From the IMG/VR virus record IMGVR_UViG_3300035128_000007: 43,791 nt of DNA; one strand, given 5' to 3'. The position numbers and the translations under genes were made by a program. The notes below the pieces were generated by a model, which was not told the DNA's origin, did not search any database, and saw only the letters and a list, made by a program, of their open reading frames with translations. This stretch comes from a virus. Shown here piece by piece: positions 36,437 through 43,791 of the stretch (positions are counted from its first letter, which is position 1; each line of letters starts with the position of its first letter).

Positions 36437-36885
36437 CTGAATACATTGTATGCTACGCTGATGCGCTCGCCGTGAGTCTGCTGGACTTCCACCTCATGGA
36501 CATCCTTACCGCTAAATATCAGCATGGTTCCGACCTTCGGGAGGTATGACACATCCTTGTCCGGAAATACCGTCCTGGGAGGATCATTAGGGACTTGCAG
36601 GTAGATCAACGCTACTTCGTCTGCTTGGTGGTGATTATGGGGCGCTGTATATTGGCCGTATCTTGTTACGTTCGCCCATGCCTCTATTCGCTTGCCAGGG
36701 GCGTGCTGATCCACCAGGTCAGTAAACGGCTTCATCTCTCCGTGAGTATGCAACGTCTTCTCTCCGGACCATCCAGTACCTACCCCAAGTCTAGAATCCG
36801 GAGTCATGTACTTGAGGAAATGAATCAACTCGATAGCTTGAGGGATATGTGGAATCAGCTTCAAGCTCTCCACAATCTTGATCAC
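36433..36885 (-). CDS. 2OG-Fe(II) oxygenase-like protein (2OG-FeII_Oxy_5-like)
   Basis: RIEAWANVTRYGQYTAPHNHHQADEVALIYLQVP...LPKVGTMLIFSGKDVHEVEVQQTHGERISVAYNV fits the pattern W.N....G.....H.H......YY...P...P..G.l..F.....H.V.....RISi.FN. Confidence 0.6.
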   Translation of the reverse strand: MIKIVESLKLIPHIPQAIELIHFLKYMTPDSRLGVGTGWSGEKTLHTHGEMKPFTDLVDQHAPGKRIEAWANVTRYGQYTAPHNHHQADEVALIYLQVPNDPPRTVFPDKDVSYLPKVGTMLIFSGKDVHEVEVQQTHGERISVAYNVFR

Positions 36886-37349
36886 CTTGCCGCAGCCTCA
36901 ACCTTTTCCCTTAATTTATACCTAAAACGATCAACCATAGTCTGAGCATTCGCCTCAAATACAGTCTTAAACCACGGAGTATGAGGCAACGGCTTAGTCT
37001 GTACTTTATAATCCCTGACATCGAGAAACTGAACGCCATAGAATGCCTCTGACTTAACGCCTATAAAGGCTGAAATAGTGCCACGCCTTTTGTCTACCCT
37101 TGTGATGTGCTTGATGCTTTTTTTCAAGAACCCAGGCGGCAACAACCTGCCTTTACCTCCGGCTATTTTCTTGTATGACCTATGCGGCTCCTTGCCAACA
37201 GGCGCGGCCATTTTCATCTGTCTTTTAACAGGCGACACAGCATATGTCATAGCAGACTTGAGCGTCTTAGCAGCTAACTTTTGTTCTAGCTTGCTCAGCT
37301 TAATCTCTAATTCCTTTAATCCCTGGACGTATAGTTGTTCAGCCATCAC
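36882..37349 (-). CDS. HK97 gp10-like tail-component/neck protein
   Basis: VQGLKELEIKLSKLEQKLAAKTLKSAMTYAVSPVKRQMKMAAPVGK... is a typical gp10-family opening. Confidence 0.7.
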   Translation of the reverse strand: MMAEQLYVQGLKELEIKLSKLEQKLAAKTLKSAMTYAVSPVKRQMKMAAPVGKEPHRSYKKIAGGKGRLLPPGFLKKSIKHITRVDKRRGTISAFIGVKSEAFYGVQFLDVRDYKVQTKPLPHTPWFKTVFEANAQTMVDRFRYKLREKVEAAAR

Positions 37350-37681
37350 ACCACCTGCCGAGCCATGATCTCGAGCATCTTGTATCCTTCGTTGATGCTT
37401 AGCACAGACTCTACGTCGTAATACTTGTCACCAGATACCCAGTAAACTCTATCCTTCGGCGCCATACCGGATATAGTTGAATCCCAACGGACGCGAATCC
37501 TGATATCTGCTTCGGCAAACTGCTGCTGGGCTGTCTGCCTCTCTGTGCCCCTCAGAGGCGTTATCTCGGCATACCTGGTGCCGATGCTTGACCAGGAGTC
37601 TACTTCGGCGCCATATGAGTCCTGTGTGGGCGTATTACGCTGTATCTGGACCTTATGTTTGGCCGTATTAGCGAGCGTCAC
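37346..37681 (-). CDS. Head closure / head-tail adaptor protein
   Basis: KHKVQIQRNTPTQDSYGAEVDSWSSIGTRYAEITPLRGTE...IRIRVRW...DRVYWVSGDKYYDVESV matches the head-closure family pattern. Confidence 0.75.
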   Translation of the reverse strand: MTLANTAKHKVQIQRNTPTQDSYGAEVDSWSSIGTRYAEITPLRGTERQTAQQQFAEADIRIRVRWDSTISGMAPKDRVYWVSGDKYYDVESVLSINEGYKMLEIMARQVV

Positions 37682-38304
37682 ATGAACCTCTTTGCCGAGT
37701 ATATCGACAGCAAAGCCTCCACAGCTTTCGACGTCGACATGGCTGTTCCAGCTACTTTCTCCCCCCGAAATTCGTATAGGTCAGTGATTCTCAACAACAT
37801 CGCTGACTTGATTGGCTGCGGCACATCCGATGCATTGTCCCCATATCCTGCGACATACTTGACGGTTACAGGTTGGGGATGCAGTTCTTTCGTCGTCGGC
37901 CATGTCTCGCCAGATACCAGACTGATCGTCCCAGGCTCCGCCTTCGTGTCTACATGATACTTGTCTGAGGACAAAGTCTGTTCGTCTCCGTCCTCATCGA
38001 TATACTTTACTGACGTGACAGACTGAAGACGCGGCCTTGGCAAAACAATGTGTCCTTGAGTATCCCCTGCATACCGAGGCCATGTTTGATTGCGCACATA
38101 AAAACATGGGAACGAATCCAGATACACCTCGAGTGTCTGCGTTATCAGCGCCCGCCAGGTTACCTGTTCAGCCCATTCCCTGGCCGCTACTATCATCGCA
38201 GTGATGCCAGTATCCTGATCGGTATCCAACACCCGCAGATGCGCCTTTGCCTCTTCCAGTGTTATTGGCTCTGCCGCTGGTGCAGTGATTACTCTTGTAA
38301 ACAT
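37678..38304 (-). CDS. Head-tail connector (gp6-like) with C-terminal extension
   Basis: EPITLEEAKAHLRVLDTDQDTGITAMIVAAREWAEQVTWRALITQT is the canonical gp6-like motif. I preferred ATG 38304 (TAATG with the upstream stop). Confidence 0.75.
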   Translation of the reverse strand: MFTRVITAPAAEPITLEEAKAHLRVLDTDQDTGITAMIVAAREWAEQVTWRALITQTLEVYLDSFPCFYVRNQTWPRYAGDTQGHIVLPRPRLQSVTSVKYIDEDGDEQTLSSDKYHVDTKAEPGTISLVSGETWPTTKELHPQPVTVKYVAGYGDNASDVPQPIKSAMLLRITDLYEFRGEKVAGTAMSTSKAVEALLSIYSAKRFM

Positions 38305-38852
38305 TACGGCGCCACCTTCGGCCAATCAGGAGTTATACCGTGCTGTGTAAGCGTGTAGTGGCACCACTCGCGGGCCTGAGCTTCTGTCAGTATTCCCGCA
38401 TAGACGAATTGGTCGTCCTGCTCTCCTGTGCATTGGTCGGTTTCGTCGGCATACCCACTGATCGCGATACCTTGATCCGATGGGATGGTCGCGGCAGAAC
38501 CCGATGTCGTACTTGCAGTAAATGTCGCTTGAGTTCCTGTATAGACCTTTCCGTCATCCGTACAGACAATAGCTGTCGGCGTATCGGCAACGATGTCAGC
38601 GACCCATGCTGATGCGTCTTGAGTCAGTGTCACCTCTGAAGATAGAACCGTTACCGCAGTCTCTACTCCTGCCTCGACATTAGCGATCAAGACCTGCTCT
38701 GTCGTCACATCCCACAAATTGGCGTAACACCCAAGAGACAGCCCTGATGTCGAATCAACCGCTGTAGCATAATGCTCGATCCCACGCCCGTCCCCGTTCC
38801 ACGCATTATTAAACGGGCGATTCAGGACTAAACCGAAGGCGTCGGTACTCAC
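38304..38852 (-). CDS. Hypothetical head-module protein
   Basis: 182-aa T/S/A-rich, beta-looking ORF between the lectin-like gene set and the connector. Confidence 0.55.
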   Translation of the reverse strand: MSTDAFGLVLNRPFNNAWNGDGRGIEHYATAVDSTSGLSLGCYANLWDVTTEQVLIANVEAGVETAVTVLSSEVTLTQDASAWVADIVADTPTAIVCTDDGKVYTGTQATFTASTTSGSAATIPSDQGIAISGYADETDQCTGEQDDQFVYAGILTEAQAREWCHYTLTQHGITPDWPKVAP

Positions 38853-39562
38853 GGCGTTTCCTCAATATCAAAGCCCGGTGCCCTTACCACCTCTCGCGCC
38901 TGCCTGACGTTCAGGATATCCACCCCGGTCACGTTCCCGGCAAGGACTTCTTCGATCATTCTCACTGCACAACCATCTCGGGCATTGGGTAGCTTCTTGA
39001 GTTGAAGGATCACGCTGGAGTAGTCGGCAGTCGACAGCCTGCTGGACGCTCCCAGACGGTTCCCTGCGACCGTTCTAGACATCACCCAGGCCCATGTCCG
39101 GTTCGGTGAGATAGAGCAGGCAGAGGCGATATCTGTCGGCAGGAGAGAATAGTACGAGTGTCCTGCGGTCTGTCCTGACGTGTCGGCCACTCCGAAGGTC
39201 AGGTATAAGCTCTCGCCGTAGGGTTCCTTAAACCCGGAGTCGTAATCCGCCCGGTAGTCGTCTGCGGTCATCACGATGGCGGATGGGTTTGAAGTGTTGA
39301 AGCACCTGTCGTAAAGATCTCGCCCGAAACCTCCAGAGGACATCAGCCCATGTTTGATCGTCCAGTAGAGACGGTAGTCCTGGCTGTCTTCGTTGATGTC
39401 CTCGACGTACTGCCAGATGCCTTTCGCAAGGCAATGCTCAGCATAGGTCGGAATGGGGAGGTCTTCGCCTTCCTCGTCCTGCTCCGGTAACCCGAGTTCA
39501 TCGAGATACGGCGGGTCGACTGTGCGATCCGCGAGAGATGGTTTGATGCCGATCAAAAACAT
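38849..39562 (-). CDS. Hypothetical head-module protein
   Basis: 237-aa ORF coupled (ATGA-type overlaps) to the 666-aa gene upstream and the 182-aa gene downstream. Confidence 0.55.
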   Translation of the reverse strand: MFLIGIKPSLADRTVDPPYLDELGLPEQDEEGEDLPIPTYAEHCLAKGIWQYVEDINEDSQDYRLYWTIKHGLMSSGGFGRDLYDRCFNTSNPSAIVMTADDYRADYDSGFKEPYGESLYLTFGVADTSGQTAGHSYYSLLPTDIASACSISPNRTWAWVMSRTVAGNRLGASSRLSTADYSSVILQLKKLPNARDGCAVRMIEEVLAGNVTGVDILNVRQAREVVRAPGFDIEETP

Positions 39563-41562
39563 TACGCGGACCTCGGTATGCTGGTTGTCACTGGGCTACC
39601 TTCTACTGTCACTGATGTAGTCTCTCCTTGAGCTGTCCATCCGGCCCCATTGTTTATCACCTCCAGGCAGTTTGAATTCCATTTACTGTGCTGGCTGGGC
39701 AAGATGGGGGAGCCGTTGTTGTAGAGTTCGTCCCAATCGTCTTGGTCAAAAGGTGAGTCGAAGACGGCAGTGAAAATGGGTAATGACTTAAGGAATGCTG
39801 TCGGCGCAGCCTGCTTATACGCGCCAATCAGAAAGTTATCTGCAACAGAACCTACCGTTGGCGAAATTGTGCCTGCTGCAACAGCATTTATATAAAACTC
39901 AGACGCTATCCCATCAATAGTCACACCACACAAATCTACCCCGCCCGACAACACCCCAGTCGATGTGTAGACGATATCTGCAAACAGTTTCAACGTGCCA
40001 TCATTATGTGGGTAAAATTGATATTGGCTACTACTCCCTGATCTTCTACCTATTAAGGTGCCTGTATCTGCAACTCCTGGAACCCCATACCAAACCAACG
40101 TGAAATCATCCGTGTGGTCCCCTACATCGCCGCAGTCCACATAATCATCCACACCATCGAATACATGGTAGTCACTCCGGTCTGTCAGGCACCACTGTTG
40201 CACAGGTCCGACAGCACTACTGATTTTTGGAACAGGCGTTCCCCCACCGGAGACGTTCTCCCATGAGGGCAAAGGTTGTTTGTCTAAAATCTTGAACCCG
40301 CCAGCGTAAAAGTTTGAAATGTTATTTACGCTGCTAGTTTTGAATTGAATGCCAATTCCTGGTGATCCATCATTACTCTTAAATGGTATATCTACCGTGA
40401 CAGCCTCATGCTCACTGGTTAATAAAACTTCGTCTTCCCCAAGAACTGACAAATCAACACTCCATTGCCCCTTCGGATCGCCATAGGGATTTGATACGAT
40501 CAAAATACCACTTCCACTATATGATATCTTCTTGAAGTAAAACTCAGGATCATAAGGTCTATTCGCTGATGCCAACGTAGCAACTTCCCACACATCACTT
40601 GAATCAGCAATATTCTCAAACTTTGATAAATAATTTCCAGGCGAAAGCACAGACGCCTCAGTTTGATCTGTTATTACTTCGTTCCCTCCACGTTCAGCCC
40701 ATCCAGACGTATCCCAAGGATCTATATCTATATCAACGTATCGTGACCTGCTCCCAAGGTCAGGCAGGTAATCCCCCACACTCGGCCCGCCAAGGTGAGG
40801 ACGGGAGACGAGGTGTCCGGGCAGGATACTGGTGCCGGGACGCTCTGTTACCAGTTTCTCTGGGTTGGCGTAGGCGTATGCTACATCGTCTGCGGTGAAG
40901 GGTTCGGACCAGATACAGACTTTTGAATAAGTTGCAGCAAAGTACTGCTCATTACTGAGCCCAATCGTAACAGGGTTAGGGCTTACCGCATCTGTATTTT
41001 CAGGTGGCGTCCCACTAATTGTTAAACTTATTGGCTGTCCATCCTTGTATATCTTATACCTGTCTCCAGGTACCACTTCCCTTCCATCGTAAACAAGAAT
41101 AAAACTATAATATTTCCCTGATTCTAGCGAGATATTTTGTGCGTAGCCTTGATGTGATGAGCCACTAAAAGATATTATCACTGATATTGTGCCACTGGTA
41201 GTGGGATACCAATAAAATTTTACTCTATCTGTGTAGCCGGTAAATTGCTGTATTGATATCTGATCGCTCTCTGCATCAGAAATAGAAGCAATCACTTCGA
41301 TGGTGAATCTGTCCCTATTCGACAGCATACCGACATTACCAGAAGCAACCTCGTTCGCCACCCCGTCAAGCGAGTACCCGTAACCACTCAAGCAGACAGG
41401 GTGATTGGCATTATCAGTAAGATCTTTGACTCTTGCGCCGTTAGGCAGAGCTCCAACACTGAGAACCCTCTGATCTGTCCTGAATGCAGCCCCAGACAAC
41501 CACGAAGGAATGCTCGACCTATTCCGCAACCCAGTCAACGATAGACCAAGGCCAATCCGCAT
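39562..41562 (-). CDS. Large protein with two LamG/concanavalin-like lectin-type domains (candidate head-spike fibre)
   Basis: N-terminal: LDGVANEV...RFTIEVIASI...ISIQQF...YYSFILVYDGRE...YKIYKDGQ. C-terminal: FDGVDDYVDCGDVG...DFTLVWYG...TLIGRR...FYINAVAAG. Both follow the LamG-like pattern (declared-then-promoted beta-sandwich). Confidence 0.5.
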   Translation of the reverse strand: MRIGLGLSLTGLRNRSSIPSWLSGAAFRTDQRVLSVGALPNGARVKDLTDNANHPVCLSGYGYSLDGVANEVASGNVGMLSNRDRFTIEVIASISDAESDQISIQQFTGYTDRVKFYWYPTTSGTISVIISFSGSSHQGYAQNISLESGKYYSFILVYDGREVVPGDRYKIYKDGQPISLTISGTPPENTDAVSPNPVTIGLSNEQYFAATYSKVCIWSEPFTADDVAYAYANPEKLVTERPGTSILPGHLVSRPHLGGPSVGDYLPDLGSRSRYVDIDIDPWDTSGWAERGGNEVITDQTEASVLSPGNYLSKFENIADSSDVWEVATLASANRPYDPEFYFKKISYSGSGILIVSNPYGDPKGQWSVDLSVLGEDEVLLTSEHEAVTVDIPFKSNDGSPGIGIQFKTSSVNNISNFYAGGFKILDKQPLPSWENVSGGGTPVPKISSAVGPVQQWCLTDRSDYHVFDGVDDYVDCGDVGDHTDDFTLVWYGVPGVADTGTLIGRRSGSSSQYQFYPHNDGTLKLFADIVYTSTGVLSGGVDLCGVTIDGIASEFYINAVAAGTISPTVGSVADNFLIGAYKQAAPTAFLKSLPIFTAVFDSPFDQDDWDELYNNGSPILPSQHSKWNSNCLEVINNGAGWTAQGETTSVTVEGSPVTTSIPRSA

Positions 41563-41819
41563 TACCAGATCCCTACGATATCGTCCGCATCAGTTCCGGT
41601 GTCGTATACCTTTGTCACGCGCACCGGCAAAAGCCCACTGACAGCAACGAATGTCACCGCACCTGAACCAGCCATATCAACCTTTACGTCGCCCTGTGTC
41701 CCGATGTATAGGGCTCGTGGGGTTGTGGCGAGGTCGTTTGTGTCGTGCGGGGATACAGCTACAGCATGTTCCGCTGGAGACTCTAGCCCCGCAGTAAACG
41801 CAGAATAATTGTCTGCCAT
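41562..41819 (-). CDS. Spike base protein, RcGTA Rcc01079-family-like
   Basis: MADNYSAFTAGLESPAEHAVAVSPHDTNDLATTPRALYIGTQGDVKVDMAGSGAVTFVAVSGLLPVRVTKVYDTGTDADDIVGIW fits my recollection of this ~90-aa family (gLeSPa...tP.D..dL....RAlyvG..Gd..V...g...tF..v.aG..lPvRv..V..tGT.A..ivaL). Confidence 0.5.
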   Translation of the reverse strand: MADNYSAFTAGLESPAEHAVAVSPHDTNDLATTPRALYIGTQGDVKVDMAGSGAVTFVAVSGLLPVRVTKVYDTGTDADDIVGIW

Positions 41820-41867
41820 CTGCCAATTCCTCCGGGCCTACGACGGCCCGCTCATAGTTTCCGCGCA

Positions 41868-42230
41868 TTATGAAGACGCAGCCGCACCAATCCCCTCGAG
41901 GACAGCAATAACGGCGTTGACCTTTGTCACAAGAGTATTATGGCTTGCCGCCACCTCTCTTACAGCGTCTCGAATTGCCGTAACCTCCGCTTGAGATGGG
42001 CTTCCTGAGACAGTATCAATATCAGGCAGGTCACCATCATTAGTGCCGCCTATTACTCCGCTGTTCTCTGTCAATGCAGAAGCATCAGCGATGTTGGATG
42101 CCTGCGTGCCGGCGGCCTTGATCTTCCCTCCAGACACCACATCCAAAACACCGGAAGTGCCCACAGTAAGCGTCTGACCGCCCTGTTCCATGTAGACACC
42201 AGTTGTGTCGTTCGTCGTTGCGTCGGACAT
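41868..42230 (-). CDS. Hypothetical capsid-associated protein
   Basis: 120 aa, G/T/S-rich N-terminus, helical C-terminus (AIRDAVREVAASHNTLVTKVNAVIAVLEGIG). AAGAGGAACAACAA precedes the ATG. It is the first gene after a terminator. Confidence 0.55.
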   Translation of the reverse strand: MSDATTNDTTGVYMEQGGQTLTVGTSGVLDVVSGGKIKAAGTQASNIADASALTENSGVIGGTNDGDLPDIDTVSGSPSQAEVTAIRDAVREVAASHNTLVTKVNAVIAVLEGIGAAASS

Positions 42231-42244
42231 TTGTTGTTCCTCTT

Positions 42245-42270
42245 AAAAAAGGGGCGGGGATAGCCGCCCC
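42245..42270 (-). terminator. Intrinsic terminator after the capsid plus decoration-like genes
   Basis: Minus strand GGGGCGG-ctatcc-CCGCCCC followed by TTTTTTAAG (plus-strand coordinates: hairpin 42251-42270, A-run 42245-42250). It lies 17 nt after the stop at 42287. Confidence 0.7.
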
Positions 42271-42286
42271 ATCACTTCAGTCAGGT

Positions 42287-42724
42287 TTAAGCAGTGCCTT
42301 CGCTCGGGCTACTGTGCTGCTCACCTGACACATTCGACCCGTGAGTCACCGGCAGGCTGCGTGCGCCATACTGGTAATACGTCGCGGTGAGGGTAGCATT
42401 CTGCGTGGCACGCAAGACCTTCAGCCGCACATATCGCTCGAGCGGACGATACAGATCGATGTAGAACGTCTCTTCATCGTCATCAGCGGCAATAGTCTGT
42501 GACGTACCTTCAAGGTCAGCAGCAGACCCCATTGCAGCAGCAGTATCCTGCTGCATCTTGATTGAAGTCACTGCGCCGGCCACAATCGCGCCCATCTGCA
42601 CGACAACCAGCACACCCTCGAACCCAGACATATCAAGGATTGCGCCCTCAATATCGGTCGTTCCAGCAGCACCAGCCGTAACAGTAACAGCCTGGCTGAT
42701 CTTCACATTTTTCGACAAATTCAT
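42287..42724 (-). CDS. Hypothetical protein immediately after the capsid gene (decoration/cement-like position)
   Basis: 145-aa ORF (...FYIDLYRPLERYVRLKVLRATQNATLTATYYQYGARS...). The call rests on its position between the capsid gene and a strong terminator. Family not recognised. Confidence 0.5.
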   Translation of the reverse strand: MNLSKNVKISQAVTVTAGAAGTTDIEGAILDMSGFEGVLVVVQMGAIVAGAVTSIKMQQDTAAAMGSAADLEGTSQTIAADDDEETFYIDLYRPLERYVRLKVLRATQNATLTATYYQYGARSLPVTHGSNVSGEQHSSPSEGTA

Positions 42725-42751
42725 CTCTTCTGTCCTCTTTATTTGATCAGA

Positions 42752-43791
42752 TTAGCCCAGCTTCACTCGGGCGAAAGCCTCTTCCAGAACCGGCATGCCA
42801 TCCGTCTCCAACCGGCCAATAAATCCGACCTGGTTGGTGGCAGCGTACAGCTCGACGAGACGCTGGAACTGCAAGGACAGCGCATCGGCAATCCAATAGT
42901 ACGAAAAGTCCCCAAGAAGACCGACATATTTACCGGAAGTGAACGTGCTCGGCACATACTCGCTGATCTCAACGGGGCGCCCCAGAATACGGTCAGGCTC
43001 GCCCTCGCGAACGGATTCGCGCCAGATGTACTGCCCCTCGCCATCTTTCAGCTTGCTGATCTGCTTCATGGCGTCGCGGTGGAATAGCCATGTGGTATTA
43101 TTCCAGTACTGCTGCTTCTGGCTATACTTCGCCTCAATCAGGCCATCAAACTTGATCGATGTTGACGCGTTCCCAGTCGAAACATCTCGAGACGTTGAAA
43201 TACCATCAGACGAGGCCGTAAACAGCCCAAGCGGCTGATTAGATCCGGATCCAGTCAGAAACGCCTTCTCATGCGTGATCCCGAACTTGTATGCCAGTCG
43301 CATCTGGACGTAATTCTCGATCGGGACAAGCGACTTGCGGATCAGGGTATTACTGACCTTGATGCGCTTTGCTACAGGGTGAGGATGAAGTGCGCGCTTA
43401 CCGAAACGCAGCGCCGTGTCCTCAGAACCAGTCAACAGTTCAGCCGTCCAGGTCGCATCGTCGACATCGGTGTCTAGGGTTGGCACACCAAGACTTTCTG
43501 CCATTGGAACAGTGAATGTAGTCGCGGCACGGCGCACGAACGTCATATTGTCGACGTTCTTGATGATCTGATTAACGAACTGCTCCGGAGGCACCAGATA
43601 GCCGCCCTCAACGTCCACGTCAACCTGAAGTGCACGAAGATCGTCTGCGCCTTCCCCGTCTATCCTGGCGGTTTTCAGATAGCGGACGAACGCCTTGTTG
43701 GATCTGGCCTCTCTGGTGTCTTCTTCGCCGCCAGTGCGCTTGGCCGGGCTCTCTTCTCTGACGCGCAGAGCACTTTCTGCGGCCTCGCGGT
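42752..43791 (-). CDS. Major capsid protein (HK97 family), main body; the 5' end wraps to 320..1
   Basis: GGYLVPPEQFVNQIIKNVDNMTFVRRAAT..., LFHRDAMKQISKLKDGEGQYIW, LLGRPVEISEYVP, FQRLVELYAATNQVGFIGRLETDG are typical HK97-fold MCP motifs. The frame is open through 43791. The total reconstructed length is 410 aa. Confidence 0.9.
   Translation of the reverse strand, partial: REAAESALRVREESPAKRTGGEEDTREARSNKAFVRYLKTARIDGEGADDLRALQVDVDVEGGYLVPPEQFVNQIIKNVDNMTFVRRAATTFTVPMAESLGVPTLDTDVDDATWTAELLTGSEDTALRFGKRALHPHPVAKRIKVSNTLIRKSLVPIENYVQMRLAYKFGITHEKAFLTGSGSNQPLGLFTASSDGISTSRDVSTGNASTSIKFDGLIEAKYSQKQQYWNNTTWLFHRDAMKQISKLKDGEGQYIWRESVREGEPDRILGRPVEISEYVPSTFTSGKYVGLLGDFSYYWIADALSLQFQRLVELYAATNQVGFIGRLETDGMPVLEEAFARVKLG
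43665..43791. repeat. Terminal direct repeat, right copy (identical to 1..127)
   Basis: See the left copy; same 127 bases. Confidence 0.95.

Overview
The window is a complete, circularly closed genome of a tailed dsDNA phage. It has about 43,664 unique bp plus an exact 127-bp overlap at both ends (1..127 = 43665..43791). The host is probably Gram-negative: there is a lipobox lipoprotein, a type IV pilin-like motif and an M15 endolysin with membrane partners.

Layout:
- A divergent promoter/operator region lies at about 16.3-16.4 kb.
- It drives a short rightward early operon (16430..21973, + strand). This encodes an acidic protein, a lipoprotein, a pilin-like protein, a Gly/Ser/Tyr repeat protein, three paralogous small proteins, ERF recombinase, a Ref-like HNH nuclease and DUF1367.
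- It also drives a long leftward transcription direction (- strand). This runs 16296 -> 7848 (Cro-like HTH, many small ORFs, RusA, a DUF2829/Tad2-like protein, a cytosine-5 methyltransferase).
- It then continues through a Q-like regulator, the lysis cassette, HNH, TerS, an inserted N6/N4 methyltransferase, TerL, portal and protease.
- It crosses the window origin with the HK97-type capsid gene, which is split by the window edge.
- It goes on through a head-spike/lectin module, head-tail connectors, tail tube, G/GT chaperones, tape measure and a lambda M/L/K/I-J-like tail tip, ending in a fibre/carbohydrate-enzyme region at 21970.

I did not recognise an integrase, a CI-type repressor, a tRNA or a CRISPR array.

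Observations most worth follow-up:
1. TerL has no canonical start codon for about 138 homologous N-terminal codons, next to the inserted methyltransferase.
2. The C5-methyltransferase has its target-recognition motifs in a different frame from its catalytic motifs.
3. A GC-rich tandem-repeat gene encodes a roughly 90-residue G-[Y/F]-G protein. All three sense frames are open, and a helical domain continues in the +1 frame.
4. Two paralogous Cys-rich beta-helix proteins in the tail-fibre region have signal-peptide-like N-termini.
5. An early cassette encodes a lipoprotein plus a truncated pilin-like protein that lacks the -1 Gly.
6. A 2OG-Fe(II) oxygenase-like gene sits inside the head-tail joining module.
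7. A GTA-like head-spike base gene is followed by a 666-aa double LamG-like protein.
8. A candidate antisense sRNA covers one ORF's initiation region.

All family assignments are motif recognition by eye, not database searches.
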